Positions 51,138 to 63,794 are shown, numbered from the whole stretch's first letter. The stretch is DNA of 63,831 bases, filler included, from Octopus bimaculoides (GCF_001194135.2; 6 parts of 4 records of this genome joined end to end with filler, not necessarily neighbours in it), one strand, 5' to 3'. Numbers and translations: made by a program. The notes: generated by a model not told the origin, from the letters alone.

Positions 51138-51603
51138 ATCCTTTCTATCGTAGGCATAAGGTCCGACATTTTGGTGAGAGGGGACTTGTCTATTACATTG
51201 ACCCCTAGTTCTCAACTGGAACTTAATTCATCGACCCCGAAAGAATGAAAGGTAAAATCAGCCTCGGCGGAATTTGAACTCAGAACGTAGTGGCGGACGA
51301 AATACCGCTAAGCATTTCGTCCAGCGTGCTATCGACTCTACCAGCTCACCGCCATATATTTGGCAATAATAATGATAATAATCCTTTCTACTGTACACAC
51401 AAGGTCTGCAATTTGGGGAGAGGCGTTAAGTCGATTACTTCGACCCCCTCCCCCAGTACTCAACTGGTATTTAATTTATTGACCCCGAAATGATGAGCGG
51501 CAAAGTCGACCTCAGCGGAATTTGACTTCAGAACGTAGCGAGGGGTGAAATACCGCTAAGCATTTCGGCCAGCGGGCTAACGATTCAGTTAGCTCACTGC
51601 CTT
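51138..51603 (-). mobile_element. Two tandem SINE family C copies (~51138-51354, 51380-51603)
   Basis: Each begins ATAATCCTTTCTA on the plus strand and ends ...GCTCACCGCC or GCTCACTGCC. Confidence 0.85.
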
Positions 51604-51634
51604 ATATTTGATGATGATAATAAAAATAATGATA

Positions 51635-52158
51635 TGGCATATTACCAGCCAGTGTACGCCACTAGCCCAGAAGGAATATATGAGACACCGCAACAATATA
51701 GCCAGGCTTGTCCATTAGACACTTTGCAACAAGTATGGAGTTGACAGAACAAATAATTGGTATGACCACATACCTGAAGGCATCATCGAAAATGGAAATG
51801 CAAACATCCGATGGGATTTTATGATTCAGTGTGATCATGAGATAAAGAATAGGAAGCCAGACATAGTCTTAATTGAGAAAGAAAACAAACTATGCTGGAT
51901 CATAGATATAGCATGCCCAGCTGACAACAAGATATGCGATAAGGAAGAAAGAAAAGTTGAGAGATATGACAGGTTAGCTTGAGAAGTTAAGTAGTTGTGG
52001 TCGCTGAAAAAGGTAGCAGTAGTACCAATAATTGTCGAAGCTCTGAGAACAGTGAGCAAAAATTTCGAGAAGTACATGGAACAAATAGGGGCTGCAGTAA
52101 GGGTGAAGCACTTGCAGAAAACATGCTTGGAACCGCTCTAATACTCCGGAAGGTGCTA
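51635..52158 (+). mobile_element. R4/Dong-type retrotransposon 3' relic (end of zinc knuckle plus RLE domain)
   Basis: HITSQCTPLAQKEYMRHRNNIARLVH*TLCNKYG...WYDHIPEGIIENGNANIRWDFMIQCDHEIKNRKPDIVLIEKENKLCWIIDIACPADNKICDKEERKVERYDRLA*EVK*LWSLKKVAVVPIIVEALRTVSK..., then GTALILRKVL. Confidence 0.92.
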
Positions 52159-52194
52159 AAAAAATCAGAGCCAAAATCATATCTCCTGATTTTG

Positions 52195-52566
52195 GCTGTG
52201 TGGTAAATTGCTTGCTTACCAACCACATGTTTCCAGGTTCAGTACCACTGCGTGGCACCTTGGGCAAGTGCCTTCTACTGTAGCCTCGGGCCGACCAAAG
52301 CCTTGTGAATAGATTTGGTAAACGGAAACTGAAAGAAGCCCGTCGTATGTATGTATGTGTGTATTTGTGTATGTTTCTGTGTCTGTCCCCACCATCGCTT
52401 GACAACCGATGTTGGTGTGTTTACGTCCCCGTAACCTAGCGGTTCGGTAAAAGAGACCGATAAAATAAGTACTGGGCTTACACTGAATAAGTCCTGGGGT
52501 CGATTTCTTCGACAAAAGGTGGTGCTCCAGCATGACCGCAGTGAAATAACTGAAATAAGTAAAAGA
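52195..52566 (+). mobile_element. Full-length SINE family B
   Basis: Head TGGCTGTGTGGTAAATTGCTTGCTTACC through tail ACTGAAATAAGTAAAAGAA. Confidence 0.88.
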
Positions 52567-52626
52567 ATATAGAAACATATATATAAAAAGGAGGTGTATT
52601 TCCACGGGTTTCTCTTACTCTGCTCA

Positions 52627-53030
52627 GGTCACGGATCGTGTTGGACGATATCGCCTCCAGCTTCTACGCATGTATATCCCTAACATCATTGTTGGTTACT
52701 ACGGACCTAGCTAAATCCGCATTAGAGAAGATTAGAAAAGAATTACATAAATTCTATGCTAATTTTAATTTATCTCTCACATTCGAGAACACCTACAAAA
52801 TAGCTAATTTTCTAGATGTTACTTTAGATTTAAAATCTTCGCTATACTCCGCCCTGCCATAAACCTAATCAATGCTTCAGATACATTAGCATATACTATA
52901 ATCATCATAAATCTACCTTCGATAGTGTCATCAAAGGCAGATCTATCCGGATATCGGATCTCTCAGCCACGCTACATACTATAACCAGGCGCTAGCTGCT
53001 AGCGGCTTCTCCCGGCAAATTAAATTCATT
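52627..53030 (+). mobile_element. Penelope-like element reverse-transcriptase C-terminal relic
   Basis: EKIRKELHKFYANFNLSLTFENTYKIANFLDVTLDLKSSLYS, then (H)KPNQCFRYISIYYNHHKS...IRISDLS...YYNQALAASGF in shifted frames, matching PLE motifs FLDVTxDL, YxKPN and YxxALxxSG. Confidence 0.8.
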
Positions 53031-53263
53031 GCAAACACTAGGCTTAAGAAACACGTCTCTAAACTCAGTTCTGGAGGGACATGCCCCACCACTGGACCCA
53101 CAAACCCTCCCAGTATAGATAGATGCACTAAAATCCTCCACTAGAAACCTAGAACGAACTCGAGTGAGACGCTATAGATCACCCTTACGCTCATCCGTGT
53201 AACACTCGATCGAAACTCAAACTGATACACAACGATGAATCCTGCAACACTCCTCTAACAAAC

Positions 53264-53283
53264 TACTACTACTATTGCTGCTG

Positions 53284-53347
<64 letters not shown>

Positions 53348-53348
53348 A

Positions 53349-53400
<52 letters not shown>
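53264..53400. repeat. Compound (CTA)n(TAA)n microsatellite
   Basis: Direct inspection. Confidence 0.95.
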
Positions 53401-53401
<1 letters not shown>

Positions 53402-53404
<3 letters not shown>

Positions 53405-53566
53405 TACATAGAGCACTCAATGAACAAATGGCAGACAGTGCTACAGCTCCAAACAAAAGAGGGACTTGTGAAAACGAAAGCCATCCCCATTAGAAGAGGA
53501 ATATTCCAGGGAGACACGCTCTCTCCACTCCTGTTCTGCCTGGCACTCACACCTTTAACAGAATTG
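53402..53566 (+). mobile_element. 5'-truncated R4/Dong-type retrotransposon, RT domain fragment running into an assembly gap
   Basis: Uninterrupted KYIEHSMNKWQTVLQLQTKEGLVKTKAIPIRRGIFQGDTLSPLLFCLALTPLTEL, containing the GIFQGDxLSPLLF RT motif. Confidence 0.92.
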
Positions 53567-54629
53567 NNNNNNNNNNNNNNNNNNNNNNNNNNNNNNNNNN
53601 NNNNNNNNNNTTAATTAATTAANNNNNNNNNNNNNNNNNNNNNNNNNNNNNNNNNNNNNNNNNNNNTAATAAATGGAATTTAAAAAAAAAATTGAACGAA
53701 ATAATAGGAAGAAGAATTCAAAGAAAGACAAAGAAAAGTGAGTGGGGGGGGAGGAACGAAATAGAGAAGGATTTATTGAAGGAATGAAGAAATAGACAAT
53801 GAAAATGAAAAAAAAAAAAGAAACCAAGAATAGAAAATAGATGAGTAAAGATTTGTAAGAAAGGAAAATGATGATTGGAGTTGAAATAAAATGAACGAGA
53901 ATGTAATTGTTATCGGCAAAGACATTAAGAGGGGAAAAAAGAATATAAAGAATGATTAGATGATGGAGGTGGTGGGGAGGGAAAGAGGAAGAGGATGATT
54001 AAAGGAGGAAGAGAGAGGAAGAGTGAGAGAGGGAGAAGAAGAGGAAGTAATGGAAGAAGTGAATAGCGTGGGTGGTGAGTAGAGAGATGAAAAGAGGAAG
54101 TGAGGAACCGGAAGAAGGAAAAAAAAATGAGGGAGAGAGAGAGGAAATGTTGAATATATACGTTGAGAAAGAGAGAAAGTGAGAAAGAGAGAGAGAGAGA
54201 GAGGGAAGAAGTTAGATAGCGACAGAAATAGAGATAGATATAGGGAAAGAGAGAGAGAGAGAGAGGGGGGTGGATTGCCAAGGTGAAGAAGGGAGAAAAA
54301 GAGATGGATTAGAAACACTAAAATGGCGGCCTAAGAAAATAAGAAATATTTTGTGGCTTCTTAATGTTCAACCTACCATCATCGTTGTGTAATTATTCTG
54401 TGCAGATATATATTATACATACATACAAACATACACATACATACACACACACATTTATTCTTATATATATATATATATATATATNNNNNNNNNNNNNNNN
54501 NNNNNNNNNNNNNNNNNNNNNNNNNNNNNNNNNNNNNNNNNNNNNNNNNNNNNNNNNNNNNNNNNNNNNNNNNNNNNNNNNNNNNNNNNNNNNNNNNNNN
54601 NNNNNNNNNNNNNNNNNNNNNNNNNNNNN

Positions 54630-54682
<53 letters not shown>

Positions 54683-55222
54683 ATATAGCTCTCTCTCACT
54701 CTAAGGGATAAAAGTATCCATTATACTACCAGTATATTACCTACATTTAAACATGGGCAAAAATGTTATGCTCATAAATTATAGACAAAGACAAGAATAA
54801 GCGTGAGTTTATCAAGAATGAAAATTTAAAGAAAACAGAAAATGGAGATAACATTGATGAACAACAATTAATTTACATCAATTATTATTTATTAATAATC
54901 TAAAAAAGGACTGCATCCCATCTAACAGCATCCCATCAAAATTCCTAAATGTCCAACTGGAAAATTTTCTGATTTTTATTATTATTCTTTTTGTCATATT
55001 TTATTTTATTTTATTTATATTTCAAGAGAAAGAAAACGAACGTGAGGAGGTGCATAAGAGTTATATCTGGTTGACACTCGGTGAAAGGAGAGAGTTTTTA
55101 ACGTTTCGTGCATAGCTCTTCGTCGGATAGGAGAAATGGAAATGTCCAAAGAAGAAGGAAAATCGTCAACGGCCCAAATATGCTTGCATTTCTGAATCAT
55201 TATATATATACATACATACATG

Positions 55223-55255
<33 letters not shown>

Positions 55256-55729
55256 GCTTCTGCTCAGCAATATATTTTTCATTCGAAATGTTGAAGTTCA
55301 GATCTTGGTGTGGGGTATTTTCGTTTATCATATTCTCGGGTCAACTAAACCTTGTGAGAGAAATTGAGTCGACGGAAACTGTGAGGAGGCCCGTTGCTTA
55401 AAATTGAAGTATTATTCCAGAGCCCAGTCTTGTTACACAGTATAACGCGCTGATTCTACTGGTGGATTATGTTAAGTGTACACGTGACCGCAGTGTACTC
55501 AACCACTTACACGCGCATGTAGTTCGGTTGATCGAACAAGTGAATGGAGCAATCAATGGAGGAATCGACGGAGTTTTAAAAACACACACAACACACCGAC
55601 ACATAGATAACACACACAGGGCACACAGACAGACACACAGACATACATACACACACATACACACAAGAAGTAGAAGAAAAAGTGGAAAAAGAAAACGAAG
55701 GGGAATTTACAGAAGAGGAAGAAAGAGAA

Positions 55730-55778
55730 AGTGGTAGTCGTCGTCGTCATCGTCGTAGTAGTAGTAGTAATAGTAGTG

Positions 55779-55810
<32 letters not shown>

Positions 55811-56230
55811 GGTAGTAGTAGTAGCAGCAAAAGTAGTGGTGGTGGTGGTAGTAGTAGTAGTGGTGGTAGTAGTAGTAGCAGCAAAAGAAGAAGAAGAAAA
55901 GAAGAAAAAGAAAAAGTAAAAGATGAGGAAAAGTGGAAAAAGAGGAAAACGAAGAAAAGGGAAAAGAAGAAAAGAAAGAAAGAATAACGATGATGAAAAC
56001 GAAGAAAATGAAGTAGTAGTAGTAATAGCAGCAGCAGCAGTAGTAGTAGTATTAGTAGTAAATGAAGAAGTATTAAAAGAAAAGAGGAAGTGGTAGTAGT
56101 TGTACTAGAAGTAGTATTAAAAATAGTAGTAGTAGTAGTTGTAGTACTAGTGGAAGAAGAAGAAGAAAAGGGGGAACAAGAAGAGGAAGAAGAAAAAGAC
56201 GAAAAAGTAGAGAAAGCAGAGGATGAAGAC
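55730..56230. repeat. (TAG)/(TGG)/(GAA) low-complexity tract
   Basis: Direct inspection; source of the poly-V and poly-S ORFs. Confidence 0.9.
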
Positions 56231-56244
56231 TAAAGATTAAAGAG

Positions 56245-56475
56245 GCAATCAAAATGGCGGCTGTGTTGTGAAATTTAGCGGTCTTTTTTCCCCTTCAGGC
56301 TTTTGGTAAGTTGTCTACAGAAGTGCTGATTTGACGCGCGCTGTTTCTAGCTGAGCTATGGCGCGAAAGCAGTTAATACCAGTGAGGTTACCATAGCAAT
56401 TAAAAACTGGTCTCTTTGCCAACAGCGTTAGAGTTACGTCATAGGTGCAGCGACGTACCGTGCCGAGTTCGAATC
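56245..56475 (+). promoter_or_regulatory. Promoter-like motif cluster with possible short first exon or microexon
   Basis: YY1-type AAAATGGCGGC (56251-56261), pyrimidine tract then CAG|GCTTTTG|GTAAGT (56299-56311), E2F-type GGCGCGAAA, RFX X-box-like GTTACCATAGCAAT (56387-56400), bZIP-type TTACGTCAT. Confidence 0.4.
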
Positions 56476-56676
56476 AAGCTTTAGGCTGTAATTAATTAAC
56501 TTTATTATTATTATTATTATTATTGTTATTATTATTATCACTATGAGTGTTATGCTTGTGAATTTAACTGCCTTGCTATGTGTGCTGTGCCTAAATATGT
56601 GCGTGTGTATGCGAGTGCATGTATGTACCTGGGTGTGATTACATGGATCTGTGATGTGGGTGTAGGTATGTGTGTA

Positions 56677-56716
<40 letters not shown>

Positions 56717-57562
56717 TGTGTGTAAAGGTCCCTCACTTGCAAGTTCGTGCTAAAACCCGCAAGCTTTGTTACGTTGGACGCGATCCCTGAAAGAAACTTC
56801 ACACTGCGTTACATAACATCGTCATCATCGTCATCACCAACCTTATCGTCATCATTATCATTATCACCATCATCGTCATCATCATCATCGTCGTCTTCAT
56901 TATCATCATTGTCGTGTCATGACGTCGTCGTCATGGTCATCCTAACCATCATCATCGTCATCGTTGTCACCCTCATTGTGGTCATCTTCCACTTTCTCTT
57001 GGTCATCACCTTCCTCCACCCCTCCTCCTCCTCAGTTGTAGCTGAATAAGGAGGGGAGGAGTGATAGTTTTAGTAGACTGTAGTAGTAGTAGCAGCAGTC
57101 ATTGTAGTTGTGGTGATATATTGATGGCGAGGGCCCTAGTAGTGAAGGCGATGATCCTGATGATCCTGATATGTGAAGGCGGTGGTTGCGAGGAGATGGC
57201 ACTCTCCCCTCTCACATCAGAAAGCTGTTGTGGGGCACTTGATCCCATATATGTAACAATTGAAATTTCTCCCCTGCATTCCCAGTCTGATTGCTGTCCT
57301 CTCAGCACCTACAAAGAAGTACAACTCTGTGATAGCCAAGTGTGTTCTTGACGGGTCATCAGGACTTGCGTGTCCACATATTGCTGCCTGTCACCATCTG
57401 CCCTTCTGCTCTCACCGCCTGCACTTACTGTGCAAGCGACAAATCAAATATCAACGACCGTCTCAATGCTGTTAGCCCAGACTCTTGCTTTCGCCTCCTC
57501 AGATTTTGGAGAATCATTAAGAGGACAAGTATGTGGCATATTCCATAGAATGGTACAAAACA

Positions 57563-57685
57563 TATGGAGTTGCGAGCCTGGTGTTTAAGACTGAAGACGA
57601 GACAGGCAAACAAGCAGACTCTTCAACGCCGTCTGTTTTTTCCTGTTCCGTTCTCAGTCTTAAACATCAGACACGCACTCCCATA
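57563..57685. other. ~120-nt imperfect hairpin (pre-miRNA-like or MITE remnant)
   Basis: GGAGTTGCGAGCCTGGTGTTTAAGACTGAAGACGAGACAGGCAAACAAGCAGAC pairs with GTCTGTTTTTTCCTGTTCCGTTCTCAGTCTTAAACATCAGACACGCACTCC around an 11-nt loop. Confidence 0.75.
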
Positions 57686-58194
57686 CTTTACTTAATGGAA
57701 CACTTGTCATTCCAAACATCGGACAAGGCTTCTTTTATTTCTGTTTCTGGCTATTCTTTCTTCGATTAAAACGATCAGGCAAAGAGGCACTGGCTTTTGT
57801 GATATATCCCTACCACATTGAATTTTTTTCCTCGAGAACTGACAACTTTTCAATATTTTTTAACCACAACGCTGCATTATTTGACAGAATTGGCTATGGT
57901 CACTTCTGTGTTTTAAAGGGTGATATCTGCATAATTTTCTTTTTATCTTGTTTGTTTTTGTTTCTTCAATGAGCTTGCTTCAAAATTTTCAAAATTTGCT
58001 CAAAATTTCGGAGCCGTATTGGCTGCTACAACGCAACTACGGCTAACCACATCCCGACCATTGCCACTCCAAATATATTAATACAAGGGGCTCTAACCCC
58101 AAAATATTGAAATCGAAATTTAAGATGAAAGAACAAACCATCGACTTGTATTATTTCTGATAACTTGCATAGTTTTGCTTAAAAAAATTTTTAA

Positions 58195-58226
<32 letters not shown>

Positions 58227-58304
58227 CGTATATATATGTGTGTGTGTGTATGTGTCTGTGTATATGTATATATATGTAACTTTATATATACACAGATATA
58301 TATG

Positions 58305-58367
<63 letters not shown>

Positions 58368-58370
<3 letters not shown>

Positions 58371-58520
58371 CGACTGGCTTCTTTCAGTTTCTGTCCGCCA
58401 AATCCACTCACAAGGCTTCGGTCGGCCCGAGGCTACACTAGAAAAACCTTGCCCCAGTGGTACTGAACCAGGAACCATGTGGATGGGAAGCAAGATTCTT
58501 ACCCTCCACCCCTGCCTGCA
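58368..58520 (-). mobile_element. SINE family B, 5' half
   Basis: Family match. Confidence 0.8.
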
Positions 58521-58849
58521 TTTTTTTTATACTTTATCTAATATTAATTACTGGTAATTGAAATTTTTAAATGTCAAGAACATTAACAACAGCAACAACA
58601 ACAACAACAGGAACAATAATGTGGAAGTAAGCAAGCCCTTACTTACTCACATAACTTGCTAGAAATAGCAGCTAAATCTCCCTCTGATCACACGTTCTAT
58701 TGTCTTTGAAGAGAAATACACTGGACAGTATAGTCCTAGATTCACTATATCTAAATAACAACCAGGGTGGCCACGACTGGAAAGTCTTTGATCATGGATC
58801 ACGGATATAGTCGTGCGTTGTAATGGTAGCAATAGTAAATGCAACATTC

Positions 58850-59180
58850 ATTTGTAGTAATAGTAGTAGTAGTAGTAGTAGTAGTCGCGGCAGCAGTAGT
58901 AAAAGTGTGGTTGTTAGTAGTAGTAGTAGTAGTGGTGGTGGTGTTTGTAGTAATAGTAGTTAGTAGTAGCAGTAGTAGTGGTGGTGGTAGTAGTAGTAGT
59001 GGTGGTGGTGGTAGTAGAAGTGGTGGTAGTGGTGGTAGTAGTAGTGGTAGTCGTGGTGGTAGCAGTAGTAGTAGTGGTGGTAGTAGTAGTGGTGGTGGTG
59101 GTGGTAGTAGTAGTGGCTGTAGTGGTAGTAGTAGTAGTAGTAGTGGTAGTAGTAGTGCTAGTACTGGTGGTAGTAGTAGC
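58850..59180. repeat. (TAG)/(TGG) trinucleotide tract
   Basis: Direct inspection. Confidence 0.95.
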
Positions 59181-60829
59181 TGCTCCACTACCTTATCACA
59201 TGTCGGTATTATCATTACTAACATCACGTGATAATTAGGTTTCGGTTAAACTTTAGAATATTAAGAATTCAGAACNNNNNNNNNNNNNNNNNNNNNNNNN
59301 NNNNNNNNNNNNNNNNNNNNNNNNNNNNNNNNNNNNNNNNNNNNNNNNNNNNNNNNNNNNNNNNNNNNNNNNNNNNNNNNNNNNNNNNNNNNNNNNNNNN
59401 NNNNNNNNNNNNNNNNNNNNNNNNNNNNNNNNNNNNNNNNNNNNNNNNNNNNNNNNNNNNNNNNNNNNNNNNNNNNNNNNNNNNNNNNNNNNNNNNNNNN
59501 NNNNNNNNNNNNNNNNNNNNNNNNNNNNNNNNNNNNNNNNNNNNNNNNNNNNNNNNNNNNNNNNNNNNNNNNNNNNNNNNNNNNNNNNNNNNNNNNNGTT
59601 GATGCCAGTGGTGGAAGGGGAGAAGCTGGTGTTGTTAGTTGCGTTGGTGCGAATGGTGGCAGTGGTGTCGGTGGTGGTGGCGGCGGGGGTTTGAAGGTGA
59701 CAGAAATTAACGAAAAAATTTAACGGTGACATATTTCACACGCATGCGCACGCACACACACACACCTATAGCCATACACGAATACATTCACAAATTCACA
59801 CGCATCTATACAAACGTACATATCCACGGACATCCACATACCTTCATATACACATATACATACATACACTTACAAATACACACACACACTCATACATTCA
59901 CAATCACACATATTCTCCTTTCTCTCTCTTTCTCTTTCTGCTTTTGTCTCTCCCGCTCTCAACTTCGTTTTCCTTCCTTTCTCTCTTTCTTTTTTCTTTC
60001 TCCTTTTTTCCATTTCATTCTCGCTCACCCTCTCTCTCTCTCTCTTTCTCTTCCTCTTTTTCTCCCTTCCTCTCTCTTTCTCCCTCGCGCGCACACACAC
60101 ACACACAAGCAAATGAACATATACATACACACTCCAATTTTACGAGGATTTGGCGAAGATGATAGCGGAGAGGCTGGAATGGTTTGGGGTACACTTATTG
60201 GGTTTCGAATCCTTCCAGCGCCAATTTTTATTTTCCAATGGTCGATAAAATAAGTACAATATAAACCATTATAGTCGACAGAATCAATAAACATCCTTCG
60301 GTGCCACAGAATATTCGAGAACAAATGACGGACACCCTAGGATTTTATGCGACGAATTGGGTGAACCGTTAGCGTATCGGACAGAACGTTTCGCTGTGTT
60401 TGTTCCGTCTCGCTAGCCTTTGAGTTCAAATCACGCCACAGCTAATTTCGCTTTCTTATTCTTTCAGGGTCAGCAAAAAAAAAAAAAAAAAAAAAAAANN
60501 NNNNNNNNNNNNNNNNNNNNNNNNNNNNNNNNNNNNNNNNNNTTAATTAATTAANNNNNNNNNNNNNNNNNNNNNNNNNNNNNNNNNNNNNNNNNNNNCT
60601 TTTCTCTAAATTATATATTTATATATTTTATACTGTGAAACTTAATTTAATTTTAATTTTTGATAAATTGAATTTAATTAAGTTTTTACCTGTAAATTTG
60701 GATTTTTATCCCTAATATTATATATATATATTTTTTTTATTTATGTATATATATTTTATATGTATATATATTTTATATGTATATATATTTTATTTATGTA
60801 TATATATTTTATTTTATTTTTGCATATTT

Positions 60830-61150
60830 TGCATTGCGGTCATGCTGGGGCTCCGTCTTGAAGGGTTTAGTCGTACAAATCGACTCAAGTACTTATTTTT
60901 AATCCTTGTACCTATTATATTGGTCTCTTTTGCTGACTGCTGACTTAATGGGACGTAAACAAACTAACACCGGTTGCCAAGTGGTGATAGGAGGCACACA
61001 CACGCACACGATGGGCTTCCACCAAGTTACAGTATACCAAATTCATTCACAAGACATCGGTCTGCCTGGAGCTATAGTAGAAGATACCTGCCCAAGATGC
61101 GGCGCTGTGGGACTGAACCCGAAACAGCATGGTTGTTAATCACACAGCCA
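60830..61150 (-). mobile_element. Diverged SINE family B
   Basis: Family match. Confidence 0.75.
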
Positions 61151-62351
61151 TCATGTTTGTGTTTCTATGTGAAAACTAGTTGTATTTTATATTTTCTTCA
61201 CACCTGAGCAGGAACGATAATTGTGGGAATTAATCAAAGCATTGGCACAACCAGTCATGGCTAGTTGCCCAGTAATTAGCTACTGTAACATTAGATGAAT
61301 CATTCATGTGACCGACACTACGAGGAGTGACTCTCTACAGTTACAGATTTCACAGATAACTACTTCATCTCTCTCTCTCTCTCAGATACGCGCACGCGCG
61401 CATATGCACAGTCTCCGTCTTTGTCTCTCTTTCTTCCCAACAACATTCTCTTCCTTTCTCACACATGTATCTGTGTCTGCATTTGTGTGCGCATGTGTGG
61501 TGTTGTGTGGGCATGACGTGTGTATTTTGTATGTATGTTATACGCATAGTGTATGTATGTGGTATGGAAAGTGGCGGGATGAAATCTGTGCTGTTAGTGA
61601 TGTGTACGGATGTAAGGTAGCGTGTGATGTTTAGCCCTAGGTCAATCCAGATCCTGCTGACGCCTGATCAAAGGCATTCCAGCCATGACAATTCCATTTC
61701 ATTTTCATCCATATGGTATTGAGTTCTACATAACTCAGTGTATCTTCCCCTTAATGTGATAGTCGAGGGTAATTTGAGGGAGTTTTGGCTGATATTTGTT
61801 GTAGGCCGAACAACCACATAAAGTTTTATACATGCTGGCTCGTAGTGGTATTGGTGGTGGTGGTGGTGGGAGTGATTGTAGCGGTGGTGGCGGTAGCGGA
61901 GGTATGGTGATATAGTGACTGTAATGCTGATAGTGGCGGTGGTGCTGGTGGTTCAGCAGTCATGAATGAAGCATCTTCAACAGTTTTGCGTAGAGTACCT
62001 TCAATAGTCTGGAGTGGTTGGCAACCACCTACGTTGTAAACTATGTAATCCAGCTTCTCAGTACATGTTACCTCATTTATCACTCACTGATTCATTCAGC
62101 ACTGGTCCGGGATAACACGTGCATCCAAAATCGCGAATCATGTTGCGCGTATCACGGACTAATTTATTATAACATGGATCAGTGATCAGTCGAAGATTCT
62201 GCTTCTACTGCAAAAATGCGCCACAGTCACAATGCACAGCTACCCAAAGTGCGCTAACTATTGCTTGTGTTCACATGAATGTGCTTGTACCCATCAACGT
62301 GCGACCGGTGAACAGAAAAAAAATGCTAAGGCGCTTGATCCCAATAAATGA

Positions 62352-62480
62352 CTGAGACGAGTGTATTCTCCACAGGAAAAAGTAGAAATGATCAAGAAAA
62401 TATGTAATAATGAAGGCTTCGCTGCTGTAGGCCGCGAGTTTGGTGTCAATGAATCTACCATTCCTTCCATTTACAATGTA
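62352..62480 (+). mobile_element. Tigger/pogo (CENP-B-like) transposase N-terminal HTH fragment
   Basis: LRRVYSPQEKVEMIKKICNNEGFAAVGREFGVNESTIPSIY matches the psq-type HTH (xxVGRxFGVNESTIRxI); similarity is lost afterwards. Confidence 0.75.
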
Positions 62481-63034
62481 CACGGAGATGATTCAGTTAT
62501 CACTGCTTTTTTTCCCCTTTACCGGGCTATCGTGATAAATGAGGATAGATGTATTGAAATATCACTTGACTTTGTTGCACTCAGTTTCGGTTTCTACTTT
62601 TAACAGAAAGATCTATACGTTTGGGATTTCGTCCGATAGCAAAACGATGCTGTCAGCGAAGTTCAGATCAGTTAGGGTTATCGAACCAACCCTTTTAGGT
62701 TTCCTATGTGTAACTGTGAATTTCAGCACCTCGTGGTTGCCAAAATCTTGCCGGAGGGTGCATTTTAAAACTATGATGAAGATAAAGAGCACCAAAGACA
62801 TCCGTCCTTTTTATGTGTAGCAGATTCGAGGCAATATTATCCACATAGATTTCCTTATAGCATAGGCCATAAATATTGGGCGTAGAGCGGAGGGTATAAT
62901 CAAAGCACTTTATTTTATAAACCTCAGCAAAGTTAGTCTTAGTAGGAGTTGAACTCAGAACGTTCACAGTGTAACTAAATGTTGCGAAGTATTTTGTCCG
63001 CGCTTTAACTATTCTGCTAAACCACCAATAATAA

Positions 63035-63725
63035 TGGTTTCAAATTTTTGCACAAGGCCAGCCTATACGGAGGAAGGGTGAAGTCGATTACATCGATCCC
63101 AGTACTCAACAGGTACTTATTTTATCGACCCCGAAAGGATAAAAGGTAAAGTCAACTTCTGCGGAATTTGAACTCAGAACGTAAGGACGGTCGAAATGCT
63201 GCTAAGCATTTTGCTCAGCGTGCTAACGGTTCTGCCAACTCGCCGCCCTTTAAAAGGCACAAGACCTGAAATTTGGGGGGACAGGACTAGTCGATAACAT
63301 CGACCCCAGTGTTTCACTGGTACTTAATTCATCGACTCCGAAAGGATGAAAGGCAAAGTCGACCTCGGTGGAATTTGAACTAAGAACGTAAAAACAGACG
63401 AGATGCTGCTATGCATTTCGCTCGGTGTGCTAACGATTCTGCCAGTTCGATGGCCTTAAAACACCACCAGTAATAATAATGATAATAATTTTTTTTACAT
63501 AGGTATAGGTACAAGGTCAGAAATTGGGGGAGGGGATAGTAGATTACACCAGTACCATTATTCAATTAATACGTTATTTTATCGATCCCAGAAGGACGAA
63601 GGAAAAGAAATTGAACACTGTGAGATTTGAACGCAGACTGTAATGACCCGGAATATATTCTACAACGCATTTACGACCTGCACCAAACCCCACACCACCC
63701 AATGCTCTAATGATTCTGCCAACCT
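63035..63725 (-). mobile_element. Three tandem SINE family C copies (~63035-63250, 63255-63455, 63500-63725)
   Basis: Repeated CACAAG...ATCGACCCC...GGAATTTGAACT...GATTCTGCCA units. Confidence 0.85.
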
Positions 63726-63794
63726 TTCTTTACAATAATTATTTATAATTTAGGCACTAAAGCCAGTGTAGCGGATAGAGGGGTGGTTGGTATT

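Noticed and set aside
55682-55987. Ser/Gly/Lys-rich ORFs (also 58799-59238)
   Set aside because: Translations of (TAG)/(TGG)/(GAA) repeats.
57180-57540. Possible CR1/Jockey-type LINE linker region (NDRLNAVSPDS..FWRIIKR)
   Set aside because: Resemblance too short and frameshifted to call without a search.
60686-60700. Minus-strand ATTTACAG|GT resembling the expected end of the NR2E3 zinc-finger-1 exon (IYR)
   Set aside because: Upstream codons read KIQIYR in AT-rich low-complexity DNA, with no CxxC, KHYG or FFKRS.
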